This document shows positions 1 to 12,492 of a stretch of 64,000 bases of DNA, one piece after another; position 1 is the stretch's first letter, and every line of letters starts with the position of its first letter. Below the pieces are notes generated by a model. The model was given only the letters and a program-made list of their open reading frames with translations, was not told where the DNA came from and searched no databases. Made by a program: the position numbers and the translations under genes. The DNA is from Antedon mediterranea (taxonomy: Eukaryota > Animalia > Echinodermata): NCBI RefSeq assembly GCF_964355755.1, contig NC_092672.1, forward strand, positions 9,982,001-10,046,000, written 5' to 3'.

Positions 1-3000
1 TAAATAAATACGCTGAACGCACAAACAACAAACAACAAAATAGTAAGCTTTCGTGTCTTACGCCCTCTATATTTGAAGCATTCTTGTCAAGACACTTGTA
101 TCACTCAGTGTACTGGATATTGATTTTAACAACAGATAGTTACCAGAATGAGCATCTCCCACAAGACTAAAACGCATTACCATTTCTCGTCACTCGTGAA
201 ACATTTCTTGAGTATTTATTGTTTTATAATAAAATGAAAGTATGTTGCATCAATAATATAATCATAAACATAAATTATTACTCTGAAACACTTTTTACTG
301 TTTTGTATTATTATAAAGGCATATTTTGTGAAAAGAAACTTAGATTTAAAACATAAGATAAGTGATTTTAATCGTAAATATTAAAGATGTGTTTATTATA
401 CGTTTACCAATACTAATCGGAGGCTGCTTTCGTAAGTGTATGTGCACCCAATATGCCATATTATGCTATTCGATTTCCGTAATGATGTGTTTTGACATGT
501 ATAGGCCTCCGTAAGGTAAAGTACATTATTTACCGTTTTTTAGAGCAAATATAACATGAATTTAAAAGTTATGAGTTCCTCAAATAAAAACAGTCAGTAC
601 GGTTCTGTTAACAATACTGTGATTATTTTAAGCGTGACGGGTCAACGAAATCTGCGTATTGTAATGTGTACAGGAGGCGCGCCCTCTCACGAATAACAAT
701 GTGTACTTGAATCATTGGTCCAGAGAGTACAGCTCCCTGCTTGGTCTGTGTTTCATAAGCAACAGGGAAGAGTGTTGTACTCTTCCATGATAGCACATAT
801 TTTCATTTTATAAAAACAGCTATAAGGTTTATGGCAACTCAGACCTTATGTGACCTAGTTAATCTTGCTTGAAACAGAAACGCAGATTTACCATTTCACA
901 AAATGTTGTATTTTACTTCGAATTTCGTCATTACGAATCTGTCATCGTAGTACAATATGAACAATCATCTCATTATGATTTTGTTTTCCTATCCAGTCAT
1001 GTGTTTCATAATCGGTACCGTACGATAAACAACAACACTATCAGAATGATAACTACATTCCCATCTGGTTGATGTATATTTACTTTGACTATGACTTCAA
1101 CAAAATCAAATAAATATGATTTCTTTCTTTATGTAATCTACTTTGTAACAGACGTCGTGTTTAACAAGTCTATATATAAAATTAAATATGATTAATAACG
1201 ATGAGATATGGACCCATAACCAAGATGTCTTAAACACCTAACACGGTTATGATAGTAGTATTTCAAAATAAATACAAAGTTTGTAACATCTTGTCTTGTA
1301 AATCAATAATCAATAAGTTGTCAATTAAATCGGTGATATCATACATGTAAAGTATTCCCTGTCAAAATGTAATCTTCCTGCTTTTGTGTTACCCATGCCT
1401 ATTATTTTCAATCAAACTGCAACTTTTCACTTTCTTATTTTAAGGTTACATTTCTAGAGTATTATGTATCATAATACATTAAGCACTGGCCTACTACTTT
1501 TATTAAGTATTGTAACTTTAATGTGAACATACAATGGGTTGTGAATACACTTAATTTTATGTAGGAAGGCGATGAATTATTCATTATTTACTCTTCCATT
1601 TTATAGCTTTATGAATATACATGTCGATCGTGTGACGTAATAATTAATCGAACTAGGCCTACACTCAACTAAAAAAAAAATGTTTTCCATAGACTGGCTC
1701 TTGGTTGCCGGGTATTTGCTATCTAAAAAGAAAAAACTCCAAGACCTTTTAAAAGAAGCACCACTTTATCACCTTTACCTAATTATACACTACAGCTTGA
1801 AGGGGTTGTTAAATTGAAACTGACATTTTGCATATGTAGCTGGAAAGGCTACATCAACGCCAGAATACGTAGTTTAAATTCAGTCAATGTACGTGCTGCA
1901 ACGTACTTTAACATATCTGCATTGGTTTGATATCATAGTTTAACTTTAATTTAGTTTAAGATAATTTTTTAATAGAACAATACTATGTTTAACTTTTTAT
2001 TCTGTCCAGTTAGTATTTATTAATTTCGTTCTCCTTTTGTTATACCACTGTTCTTCCGAGTGGCCATACGAAAGATTGAGCACTTAAACAACTTAAACTG
2101 AACTAAAAGCATGTTCTATTTCTATTATAAAATGATGATTTTTCAGGTGCAATTTTCTCTATTTTGTACCACGTGCCGTTCAATATAATTTCTATTGTAC
2201 GGTGGTTCTATTACACGGCATCTTTCTGAAATTGTGTGCAAAACTAGCAAGATTGTTGACCGTTTGAAAATCGACCTGTGTACCGGCTATAATTCTTCGT
2301 TCTACTCCGAGATCAAAATCATAGCGCTGCCCTTTTGAATAGCATACGGTCACTTAGTGGAATAGTCATGTGTTCTAAAACAAAGCATACATGTGTTGTA
2401 TTTCTTAAACATAATAGCCAATCCTTAAACTCGTGAAAATATTAGCCCTAGTCAACTCAAATATTCATTTTGTATGCTAACAATGTATATAAAACGATTG
2501 TAATATTGTTTAGAAAGACGAATTTAATGAGGCGAATTACGTGACTTAATGATACGCTTACAGCAGTTATATTATATAATTATAAATTACTTAAAATGAG
2601 ATATGAATAATTTAATTTAAACTGTGTGTCTGTTGAAGCCGACAGTAAAAAAGGCAATTAAGGTTATTTTGTTTCTGTGTAGTCTACGCGCAATTAAAAG
2701 TACCGATAGTTTCTTAAAGGTCATTGATATTTGAAATTAAATGTTAAACATGATTGCATAGCTTTAGGTGTCTGTGATTAAGATGCCGATTGACTGATAT
2801 TTAATTGCTTTTTTTCAAAAATACTGGAGTGCTATAAAGAAACTTTAGTTGCGTGAGATGAATGTATGATTTAAGGTTTCTGAAAGAGTATACGTAGGCC
2901 TACTTGTTTTTTTTTTGTACGTAACGTACATAATCGGCATCAGGTACTGAGACAATCTACAGGATTAGTTTGTGCTTTGACTTTCCAAACGGTATACCAT

Positions 3001-3029
3001 GGTTTGGACATCGGCATGGTCGTTTCTCA

Positions 3030-3185
3030 AATTCTGTCTACACTATCAAACGTTATGTGACAAAAATGTTATGTGGCCATATATGGACATATCATATCAC
3101 AACCATATCTAAGCATATCACTACCATATTTGGGCACATCACACTTTTTTGTCACATGAAGTTTGATAGTGTAGAGAGGGCTTTA
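3030..3185. mobile_element. Palindromic MITE, family A (PIF/Harbinger-like), copy 1
   Basis: Fold-back with arms tctgtctacactatcaaac..gtgacaaaaa and tttttgtcaca..gtttgatagtgtagagagggct. Related copies at 4021 and 15197. Confidence 0.7.
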
Positions 3186-4020
3186 CAGAATTTGAGTTAA
3201 TTTGAATGAATGAAAAGTTTATTCAGGAGTTACCTGTATGTGACATGGTACGCCTGTTACATGCCGTCAGCGTACAAGATACTACACACTGTGTATTGTC
3301 GCTAGACATGATACCACACAGAATTATTATTAAATTATATTATACGTACGTTTAACATTTAATTTTTTATGGATTAATAACATATACTCTTCAAAAACGT
3401 AATCTCAATGAGCATTAATGACGCGCAGATTACAAAGAACGCTTAGTAATTAACAGACCATAATGTCGTATACTAATGCTAATGACATTGAGTGGAGAAT
3501 TTTAACATACTCAATTGGATTTTTTTAAGCTGACGGTTATTCAGAAATACTTCACCGCCATTGATTTGTATAAAGTTGGAGTGGCCTCTCAAGGTATTAT
3601 AGTTTTCGGTATAAAGGAGGCCAATACAGCTAGAAAATGACTGTCTAAACCCTTCAAAAATACAAATAAACTATAAAAACAAATGTCAATTACAATTGGT
3701 TAGGTTAACACGACAAAAAAGTGTGCAACGCTCAAATATCAATTCTATTCCGGTCCGTGGCCAAAATTTAAAAGATGCCTGTCTTAATAGCTCACATAGA
3801 CTTTCTTATTGATTAGGCCTAAAGATTGAAATAAATTAATACAAAATTACGGAGAGATATATAATTAATGTGTTTTTGTACTAGTTGAAAAGACAATAAT
3901 ATTTCCATTTGTTGAAAGCAATAGTTAACAAATTAATAATTAACGGTGCCAGTCAGCACGTAGCTAAATTTGGCTATGGTTATTTTTACAAACATTATGA
4001 CTTTTGGCTAGCCTTTATAA

Positions 4021-4158
4021 AGCTCTGTCTACATTATCAAACAAGTTTGACAAAAAAGGTGTGATGTGCCCAAATACGGTAGTGGTATACCCAAATATAG
4101 TAGTGATATGAGATCATCATTTTGTTTTCACATACAGTTTAATAGTGTAGACAGAGCA
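4021..4158. mobile_element. Palindromic MITE, family A, copy 2
   Basis: TIR agctctgtctacattatcaaac ... gtttaatagtgtagacagagc, with TAA on the left; internal tgtgatgtgccc shared with copy 3 and, inverted (gggcacatcaca), with copy 1. Confidence 0.7.
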
Positions 4159-6051
4159 TAAGTAAAAAACCTCATTCAAAATATCTGAATGCAACATTTT
4201 CTTCATGACAAAATTAACTTTGGTTTATGGTGACAATGATGATGAATAATTTCACTAGAGATTTCTGCAATACGTTTGTGTTAATAGAAAACCAGTGTTC
4301 ATATCTGATATAGTATAATTTTGCCGTGTGTCTGCGTACGCTACGGAAGACGTCAAAACCCCCACATCACTTTCAAATTACAGCATATTATTTCTCTACG
4401 GATTTGATTCGATTCAATGCCTTTCCACTTCAACTCAATTTGAATATATTGATATATCTATAATGTCGTGTCTAAAAGCATGTTGTGAAAATATATTTAT
4501 ATAAACGTTATAAAACACTTTTGCAATATGCCTTCTTGTAATCAAACTAACATTTGATAAAATGTATAATACTAATACTATGTAATATTAATGGCAACAC
4601 GTGATGAGTTGAAGCTAGTACAGTTACTAATAAGGTTACACATGAAAAGGTGTATCCGAATATGGTTAATTTACGTAATTCAGGGGGTTATTTACCATTT
4701 TTATCGCAATTAGATATGCATGAAGAGTTTGTGAATCTTACTAAAAAAAAAAATGTTTTAAATATTGTACTGTAGGCATATTCCTTTAAATTGAGTTAAA
4801 TAACTATGTAGTTATCTTTAAGTAGAGTTGAAGATAGTCTGTCTATTTATATTAAAGAAATCATTTATGAACATATTACATTTTAGTAACGAAGTAAAGC
4901 TAAGTAAAAAAAATGATGTGGAATGTTATTGAGATACACGGTATTTGAATACGATTTTAAAAAGTCATGTCAGAAGTTGCCCTGTCAAATTATAAAGTTG
5001 AGTTATAAAGCTGTCCTTTACATTATAGTGAAGTAAACTAGGTCCGACCGTACCACATCCAAAGCTGACGACGTGCGTATACAGAATTCCACCAGAAGGA
5101 CGACGCTCATCAGACATCGACAGCTTTATTCCTCGTTCCACAGAATGCCTTACAGGTATCGCTACTGTTGACATTTGTATATTCAAGAACTTACGAGATA
5201 AAAACATAGGGACCTCAATATACTTTCTGAATTCATGAATTCCAATTTATGCGCATACATGTGTGCACGTAATGCAAGTCACTCATAAGTACGAGATCAG
5301 GCAGTATAATCACATCGGCCTGTGTTTGAAGCACTAGTATAAATTAGTTTCTGTTTTTATTCAGCTTACATACAACATGATTTTGTTTTTTTTTCTGCTG
5401 GTGTATAATGATGATTTCTTATACCGCAAAGATAAACAGTTTTTATTAAATGTACACTAAATATTATGACACGCCTAGGTATATCTGAGGTCAATTGATT
5501 GGTTGATTTTTTACTACATTCAACTGTTAAGGTGATAATGGTTTTAATCAACGGCTAGATTTCTGTTTAAAGAATGAGACACTGAAAACCAACATACCTA
5601 GTCAATTGATTACTATAATTTAATGTTTGGTGTCGTTTCATTCAATTGTAAAAGAGATATACAATGGTACTAATCAACGATCAGAGAGTGTGAGTGAATG
5701 AGCGTTGATATTCAATGAAGATGGAAGGGATGGGATTTGTGTTAATTGATTAAATTAAACAATAAACAAACTCAATCATAATATTACAATGCATACATAT
5801 TTTAATCAAGAATCATCGAAATTAGTACATCACGTCGATTGATATATTATTGTTTATATCTAAAGCCCATATTAAGGGAACATTTCTGGAACCTTCTGGT
5901 TTTCAATACTCTTAGAACTTGTATAATATCCCTTCGTTCGTCTTACGAGAAAATATTACCGTTAAAGATCCAACTAGGAGGTACTCACAAAGACACGCAA
6001 ATAATTTGACCAATCACGACGCGGTGGATGCATGGTGTGGTCTACGTCAAA

Positions 6052-6298
6052 GTACTTGCGTGTCGCTTGCATCCTAGTGGGAACCAAGCTTAATAAGGGT
6101 GTACTTGCGTGTCGCTTGCATCCTAGTGGGAACCAAGCTTAATAAGGGTGTCCCGCGTGTCGCTTGCATCCTAGTGGGAACCAAGCTTAATAAGGGTGTC
6201 CCGCGTGTCGCTTGCATCCTAGTGGGAACCAAGCTTAATAAGGGTGTCCCGCGTGTCGCTTGCATCCTAGTGGGAACCAAGCTTAATAAGGGTGTCCC
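6052..6298. repeat. 48-bp tandem repeat (5 copies) built from a MITE right terminus
   Basis: atcctagtgggaaccaagcttaataagggtgt recurs at 6071, 6120, 6168, 6216 and 6264 (period 49,48,48,48). Its core matches the right TIR of the MITE at 19890-20068. Confidence 0.95.
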
Positions 6299-7539
6299 AT
6301 GAAAAAAAGAGTTTCTACACTAGTAAACTTGCAAAGAAAGGTATTATTTACGAACATAAACATAAACTATTGATAACATGCACCCATGTGATGTGTTCCG
6401 GTAGATGAACAACATAATTCGAAACTCCACCGTTTAATTACACTGTCTTATTGAGCCTTCTTATACATATCATTAAGAAACATCTGACACTTCAATTACG
6501 CTGTTTTGGAAAAAAAAAATGACATTAAACTCAGAAATGAGTTTGCACTATCTGTATAAATAATACATCATGAACAAATGCTTTATGTTCATTAACCGCA
6601 CAATAAATGTCTTATACGTGGTTATAAATATTTCAATCAGTCATATACATTTAGAACTGGGTTATTAAATTGGTTATTAATATTTAGATGGGTATTTAAA
6701 TGTAATGCAAAAATGGTGTGATACAATTTCGTTTAATGTTTACCTTTATCAACTAATCCCATTGGTAGAAACCAGTTTAATTAATGTGCATAAGCTTATA
6801 TCTCTTAAATAAATTTGAAAAAAAAGTTGATGTCATCTTAACTTTTATATATATGGCATTTCACTTATATCGATGAATTCCATTGGTTGAAATAAGTTTA
6901 ATTAATCGCATAATAACACTTTCTGCATCGTAAACATTAATACAGACTTAGATTGAAAGTTAAAATAAACTCAACTCAATGAAAAACATTTTTATTTTAG
7001 ATTGATATTATTGCAATTTCAGAATGTTTTTTGATACCAGTAAAACTGATCTGCGCTGCTGCTATCAAAACATTTTTTTTCATATACAAACAAACTGTTT
7101 GAAGAAATAGAAATAATAAAATAGCTTTTATCTGTAACTTGTATCTAAAAAGATACAAATGTATGTTGCTTAAATCTTGACTCAATAGATACATTATCAT
7201 TTAGTAATATATGTGTCTATGATGTAATGTGCTGATAGATAGAAAGATAGATGACTACATTATATTTATAAACTATTAGCACACTTTCATATAATGGCGT
7301 TAAGAGCGTGTTTTGCGTGTGTTTAAGTTTGCACTTGACTGACTGAGAAGGGTCATTAGTGTGAGGCTTAGTATACTTGTAACATTGATAGATATATCAC
7401 ATGAAACATGAATAGGCCATTTTGTGGTTTAAATAAAGTTATTCACTTCCGTAGAAAAAAAAGGGTTTTCCAACATGGTTTTCCAAAAGGCATTCCCATT
7501 TAGTTTGGCTGCGAATAACAACCCTACCTAATATATCTT

Positions 7540-7790
7540 TAACAACAAAAACATTAGGCAGTACTTTGGAACTGTCACACATTGCCAACATCGTATCATG
7601 GTCGTCTTAAAAACATCCTTATATCAGTAACCTCACAAAAATATTACCCACACGAGAACCTCACATAAAACGTTAGTAAAATTATAAACTAATTTCCAAC
7701 ATCGTTTCTGATTCAATCGTAGTTTATCTTCACAGCAGCCATCGGATAAACCCGCGTAACCTAACGCGTTACACGACCGTATTCGGTATG
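7540..7790. repeat. Diverged ~260-bp direct repeat, copy 1 (copy 2 at ~9350-9610)
   Basis: Shared blocks tatcatggtcgtctt, cagtaacct, cgagaacct.acataaaacgtt, atcggataaacc, acgaccgtattc in the same order. Confidence 0.8.
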
Positions 7791-9349
7791 GTTTAAAGCG
7801 AAAAAAGCAACACTAAAAATACATAATAATAAACTTTTAAATTCAAACAAAACCTCATTGTCTGACAGACAATTTACTATTTTTTTGCTTCAATATTACA
7901 GATTTTTTTTTAGAAATACAGTAATTCTTTTTTTTTCTATCCAATTTTGGTCAGAATGAGTATGTGATTAAATGGCATATTCAACAAAAAATTGTTTAAA
8001 TGTTTTTGTTCACACAGGACAAGTATATATTTAAGCTTGCACGGTATGAAAATAGTATTCATATATTATAGAAATGTACCGTATATTATATGAATTTTGG
8101 GTTATGTTATCTCGCTTACTGAATAACAAATATGTTTGAGTTTATATTGAGTTTATTAATTCGTTGACGACCTATTTGAATTAATACCCACGGGTATCGT
8201 TGCCTTATGTTTATGTATTTAGAATAAAAACCCCACATTACTGTATGTATCCCTCAACGATAATACTTTTCCTTTTCTTTAAATTTGTCTGGATATATAT
8301 CTTCAACATTCCTTAATTCGTATCTTGTAATCAATAACGACTATCTCTAATGCGAGGCGTTCAATCATTTAACATGGAAATGTGTCAAGTTCCTCTTTTG
8401 CTGTCGAGTCTGATTGATATGTAGTTTTTTTACTTTATATTTTTGATGTGATGGTTATTTATCGAAAGTTTTTTTTTGTCAATAATCGTTTGTTTTTTAA
8501 GTTTTTTTGAAAGCATTGAATAACATTCGGATAAAACACTAGGTAAAATAAATATTGGTCTAGGATCGACCTAACAGCAATTGAGAAGTGCACACATTTC
8601 GACGGTTATAGTTTGTCCTGAAACAACAATTCATTGTGTTGTTTCGGGATTGTCAGTTTAAGAATTGAGGAAATAAGTATTTCCTCCATAGTTTAAGCAG
8701 AAATGTAGGCTAAATATTACCTCTTTGGTCGGAGCATATTCTCACTATAATCAATGATCCACACTTCTCAAGACTTTCAACCCAGATAAACCTATTTTCC
8801 TTTGTACGCTTTTCCATTCGGTGTCTATATTTAATCCGGAAATCATTCCAACATCACGTGAGTTTCTTTGTACACAGTATTAATATATTGGAATATCATA
8901 CAGAGGTTTAAGACTGTGATAAATGTCCTTCCACTCTACCGGATCTACATCTACTAAAATGTATAAGAATATAAATCTTGACAGGAGATATTATTTAACC
9001 ATGTTCCCTTCCGTTATTATTTAAAAAATCATTACCAACAATGTTGTATTTAATGACATCTTTCTTGTTTCTGAATGCGTTTCTTCTTCTTTATTATTTC
9101 TAATAAAAATGAGAAAACTCTGTGATAGTTAACTAATAAATAATATAAATTATCTTTGTAAATCGCTAGAGTGGTTTGGTTTCATTACTTTCTATTTATT
9201 CTATTTGATTATATTTTACTTTACTATTTTTTTTTACATTATCAATTTGCCAAAAGGGTTTCCAACAATAAAAGCATTTAGTTTTTGTACAAATAAGAAT
9301 AAACTATCAAGTGAGTACCATTTCCTAACACTCTGACCCATACCTACTG

Positions 9350-9610
9350 TAACAACTAACACATTTTGGCAGTATTTGGAACGTAACCTATTGTCAACGT
9401 TATCATGGTCGTCTTCCAACAAATCCTTATGTCAGTAACCTAACAAATATTACCGCTACGAGAACCTAACATAAAACGTTTACAGTCAGTAGATTTATAA
9501 ACTAGTTTCCAGCATAATTTCTGATATACATTCAATCGTGGCTTATCATCACATCAGCTATCGGATAAACCTACGTAAATGAACGTATTATACGACCGTA
9601 TTCAGTTGTT
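9350..9610. repeat. Diverged ~260-bp direct repeat, copy 2
   Basis: Colinear match to 7540-7790. Confidence 0.8.
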
Positions 9611-10544
9611 TTAACTGCGGATTATCGAATCCCATCAGTTATCTAGTTTTATATTTGTATGGATATAGAAAAAAACCGAATAGTATGAAGTCTATTGACA
9701 TACTTACTTTACCATATAAATACATGTGCACCTAATGTTTATATCATTTTAATACAACAACAACTCTTCTTGGTCCCATACCATAGTCCATTAAAATGAA
9801 GAAAGCATGTCATATTCAAATCATTACTCTGATAAATAATTATGCATTTAACTTTGAGTTGTTCTAGTTCTGCCTGTTGATAATATTGTATATAATTTAA
9901 ACTATTCTGCACGTTTTTAACATAGTAATTGTTGATGTTACCTTCTATGAGATAATACGTATACCATTATCAGAAAAAAAAAACGTATGGTAGTAAATGC
10001 AAACAGTCTAAATGATAAATTATTTTCTAATTTCTTTATAAATTGAAATTCATTTCATTGTATTAAATTTAATTCTTCACGCTGATCATTAATCAAAATG
10101 AATAATAATGGTTGTCAATAGTGTATGCACTACGAATAGTAATAGTAAGTGTGGCTATCTTACATAATGAAACGAAGAATCTCTTTAACTAAAACTCTCC
10201 TAATATACATGGTATTTTTGGTAATAACCAATTCAATTATTATCATAGTGGTATTAGAAACATAAGCAAGATGTTTTAATGGTCCTTCAAAATATTATTC
10301 TAGATGTCTTATATTTCTGTGACGTTCAGATTTGTTTTATTGATATTGGGATCGTTGATTTGTTACGCAGATTCACTACTTTTCATTCTACTCCAATTAT
10401 TTTTAACATTCTCATAATATTTTATTTTAATGTAAACGTATATTTATGCATGTGATATTTTGAAGTAAAGACCCGTTTATGAACTTGCAATACAGTTGTA
10501 GTGGAGTAAATATATTTCAAATTTAAAATAAAGTTTGTTCAAAG

Positions 10545-11170
10545 AGCTGAGCAGTGAGAAAGGAAGAGTAGTTGGTGGAAACAAAACAGGTAATGGAGAC
10601 AGATCAGTTGATAGACGAAGAACAGATGTAACGAAGAGCACTTGATAGAGACAGAGCTCTTAATGGAGAAACTTGACATTTTAGTTGGTGGAGTCAGGGC
10701 AGTTGGTGGAGAAGAGAAATTGATAGAAACAGATCAATTAATTGAGAACGAATACAGTAGTATGCATACAGAGCCGTGGATGATGAGAAACTGCAGTTGA
10801 CGGAGTCACGGAACGTGATGAAGAAAGAGAAGTTGAGAAAGATCAGTCATGGAGAAAATGTAGTTGATGGAGTCAGACCACAGTTGATAGAAAAAGAGAG
10901 AAATAGAGCAGAGAAATTGACTGAGAAAGAATAGATGTAGACAGAGCAGTTGATGAAGAAATAGCGGTTGATGTAGAAAGATCAGTTAATGGAGAAAGAG
11001 GGAGAGAGAGAGAGCAGTCGATTGAAACAGAGCAGTTGACTAAGAAAGAGTAGATGTAGACAGAGCAGTTGATGGAGAAATAGTGGTTGATGGAGATATA
11101 GCAGTTAATGGAGAAAGATAATGTCGGAGACAGATCAGTTGATGGAGAGAGTGTAGTTGATATAGACATA
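10545..11170. repeat. Degenerate purine-rich minisatellite (~20-bp unit, gagcagttgatggaga-like)
   Basis: Many cagttga(t/c)gga/aga variants at ~20-bp spacing, with strong A/G strand skew. Confidence 0.75.
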
Positions 11171-12398
11171 TATGTTTATGATAACAAAGCAGTATCTTTA
11201 TGGTGGTATGAGATCGATACTTGGTTGCTAAATTTAGTGTGTAATCCTAAATTCATCATGTGTGCCAAGTGTCTATACATGGCGTCAATGAATGTCCTGG
11301 TCGTCGTAAACTTTTTCTACGGATTTAAAAAATACGAAACTTTTGAAATAATTGATGTAGTCCAATCAATAGATGTACTGAGCATCAAATGTGTCCCTTT
11401 AGCTATACACAATTAATTACAGTTAGGCTACCAATTTAATTATATTTGCCCAAGGTGTGACTATAAATTAAGGTTATCATTTCTAGAGGAAATTATTATT
11501 GCTAAATTAAATCGTTTGTCGAGTGTTTTTCCCTGTTAGCTGTAAATTAATCATAGAACTGTCGAAATAGATATTAATTACGTGTTTATCGACGATGATT
11601 TGTCAACAAATCGCTGTAGAACTAGATGTCAGAATTGCGGGTTCTTTTTTACCATGAACAAAACACCACTTTTTAATATCAATAACCTATAATGTCATAT
11701 TAATAAACAATATTATTTAATAACACACCTAGTCTGTGGGTTGATTACGTATCACATGCCGTACACTATTTTGATCCATCCATGATGATTATATTTCTTT
11801 GAGCCTACAGTTAACACCACTTGTTATGTTTAGATGCATTGACATTCTCCCATTCCCAGGTGAAATTATTACTATAGATACCGTAAATTACAATTTTATA
11901 AAATAATAATGAATTCCATATTGATGCAATGAGAACAATAAAAGGTCAATATCAAAGTACTTTTCATTAATTGGAACAGATAGTTTTCAATAAATGAATC
12001 TTTAATAGTATTCCTAGCTAATACGTTTTCCCCAATTAGGAAACGTCGTCCAATTGTAATGAATTGACAACACGTGACTCTTCTATTTTGATGCAAACTT
12101 CTTAAATCAATATTAGTTTTGTATAGCACGTGGTCTATGCTTATTCGTCGCGCTCCGTCTGGTGAAGGATTCCCTATGTTCATGATTTTTTTGTAGTAGC
12201 GGCGCTCTCTATGTGTTTACAAATATTTTATCTTTCGTTCGTGTGCATCACTCAATCACTGAGTTTCATGGTATATGCCAGGCCGGTATAAACCAACACA
12301 TTGAGGCTTATGACTATCATATCTACTACGACTTTCTATTGTTGTTACAATAATAAGCTGTTGCCAACTGGTGGTCCGTAGTTGCAAAGGCCGAAGAT

Positions 12399-12492
12399 AT
12401 GGCTCCCGTGTCGGTACGGAACGTGGGTGTTTTTACACTTGTCTTTGTGATACTCGGCCAAGTATCTTCGTTAAACGAATCCAATGAATTTG
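12399..12492 (+). CDS. nAChR alpha exon 1 (signal peptide MAPVSVRNVGVFTLVFVILGQVSSLNESNEF)
   Basis: ATG plus hydrophobic stretch, donor G|gttagt; phase 1 fits exon 2 (G+CA=Ala). Too short for the ORF track and identified by fit only. Confidence 0.7.

Noticed and set aside
5040-5240. GC-richer segment with short open frames on both strands
   Set aside because: No recognisable protein motif and no partner exons.
6052-6298. CRISPR-like or coding repeat (ORFs 6074, 6099)
   Set aside because: No unique spacers and no cas genes; units are identical MITE ends, and the ORFs arise because the period is divisible by 3.
10873-11416. Ser/Thr-rich and opposite-strand ORFs
   Set aside because: By-products of the purine-rich minisatellite.
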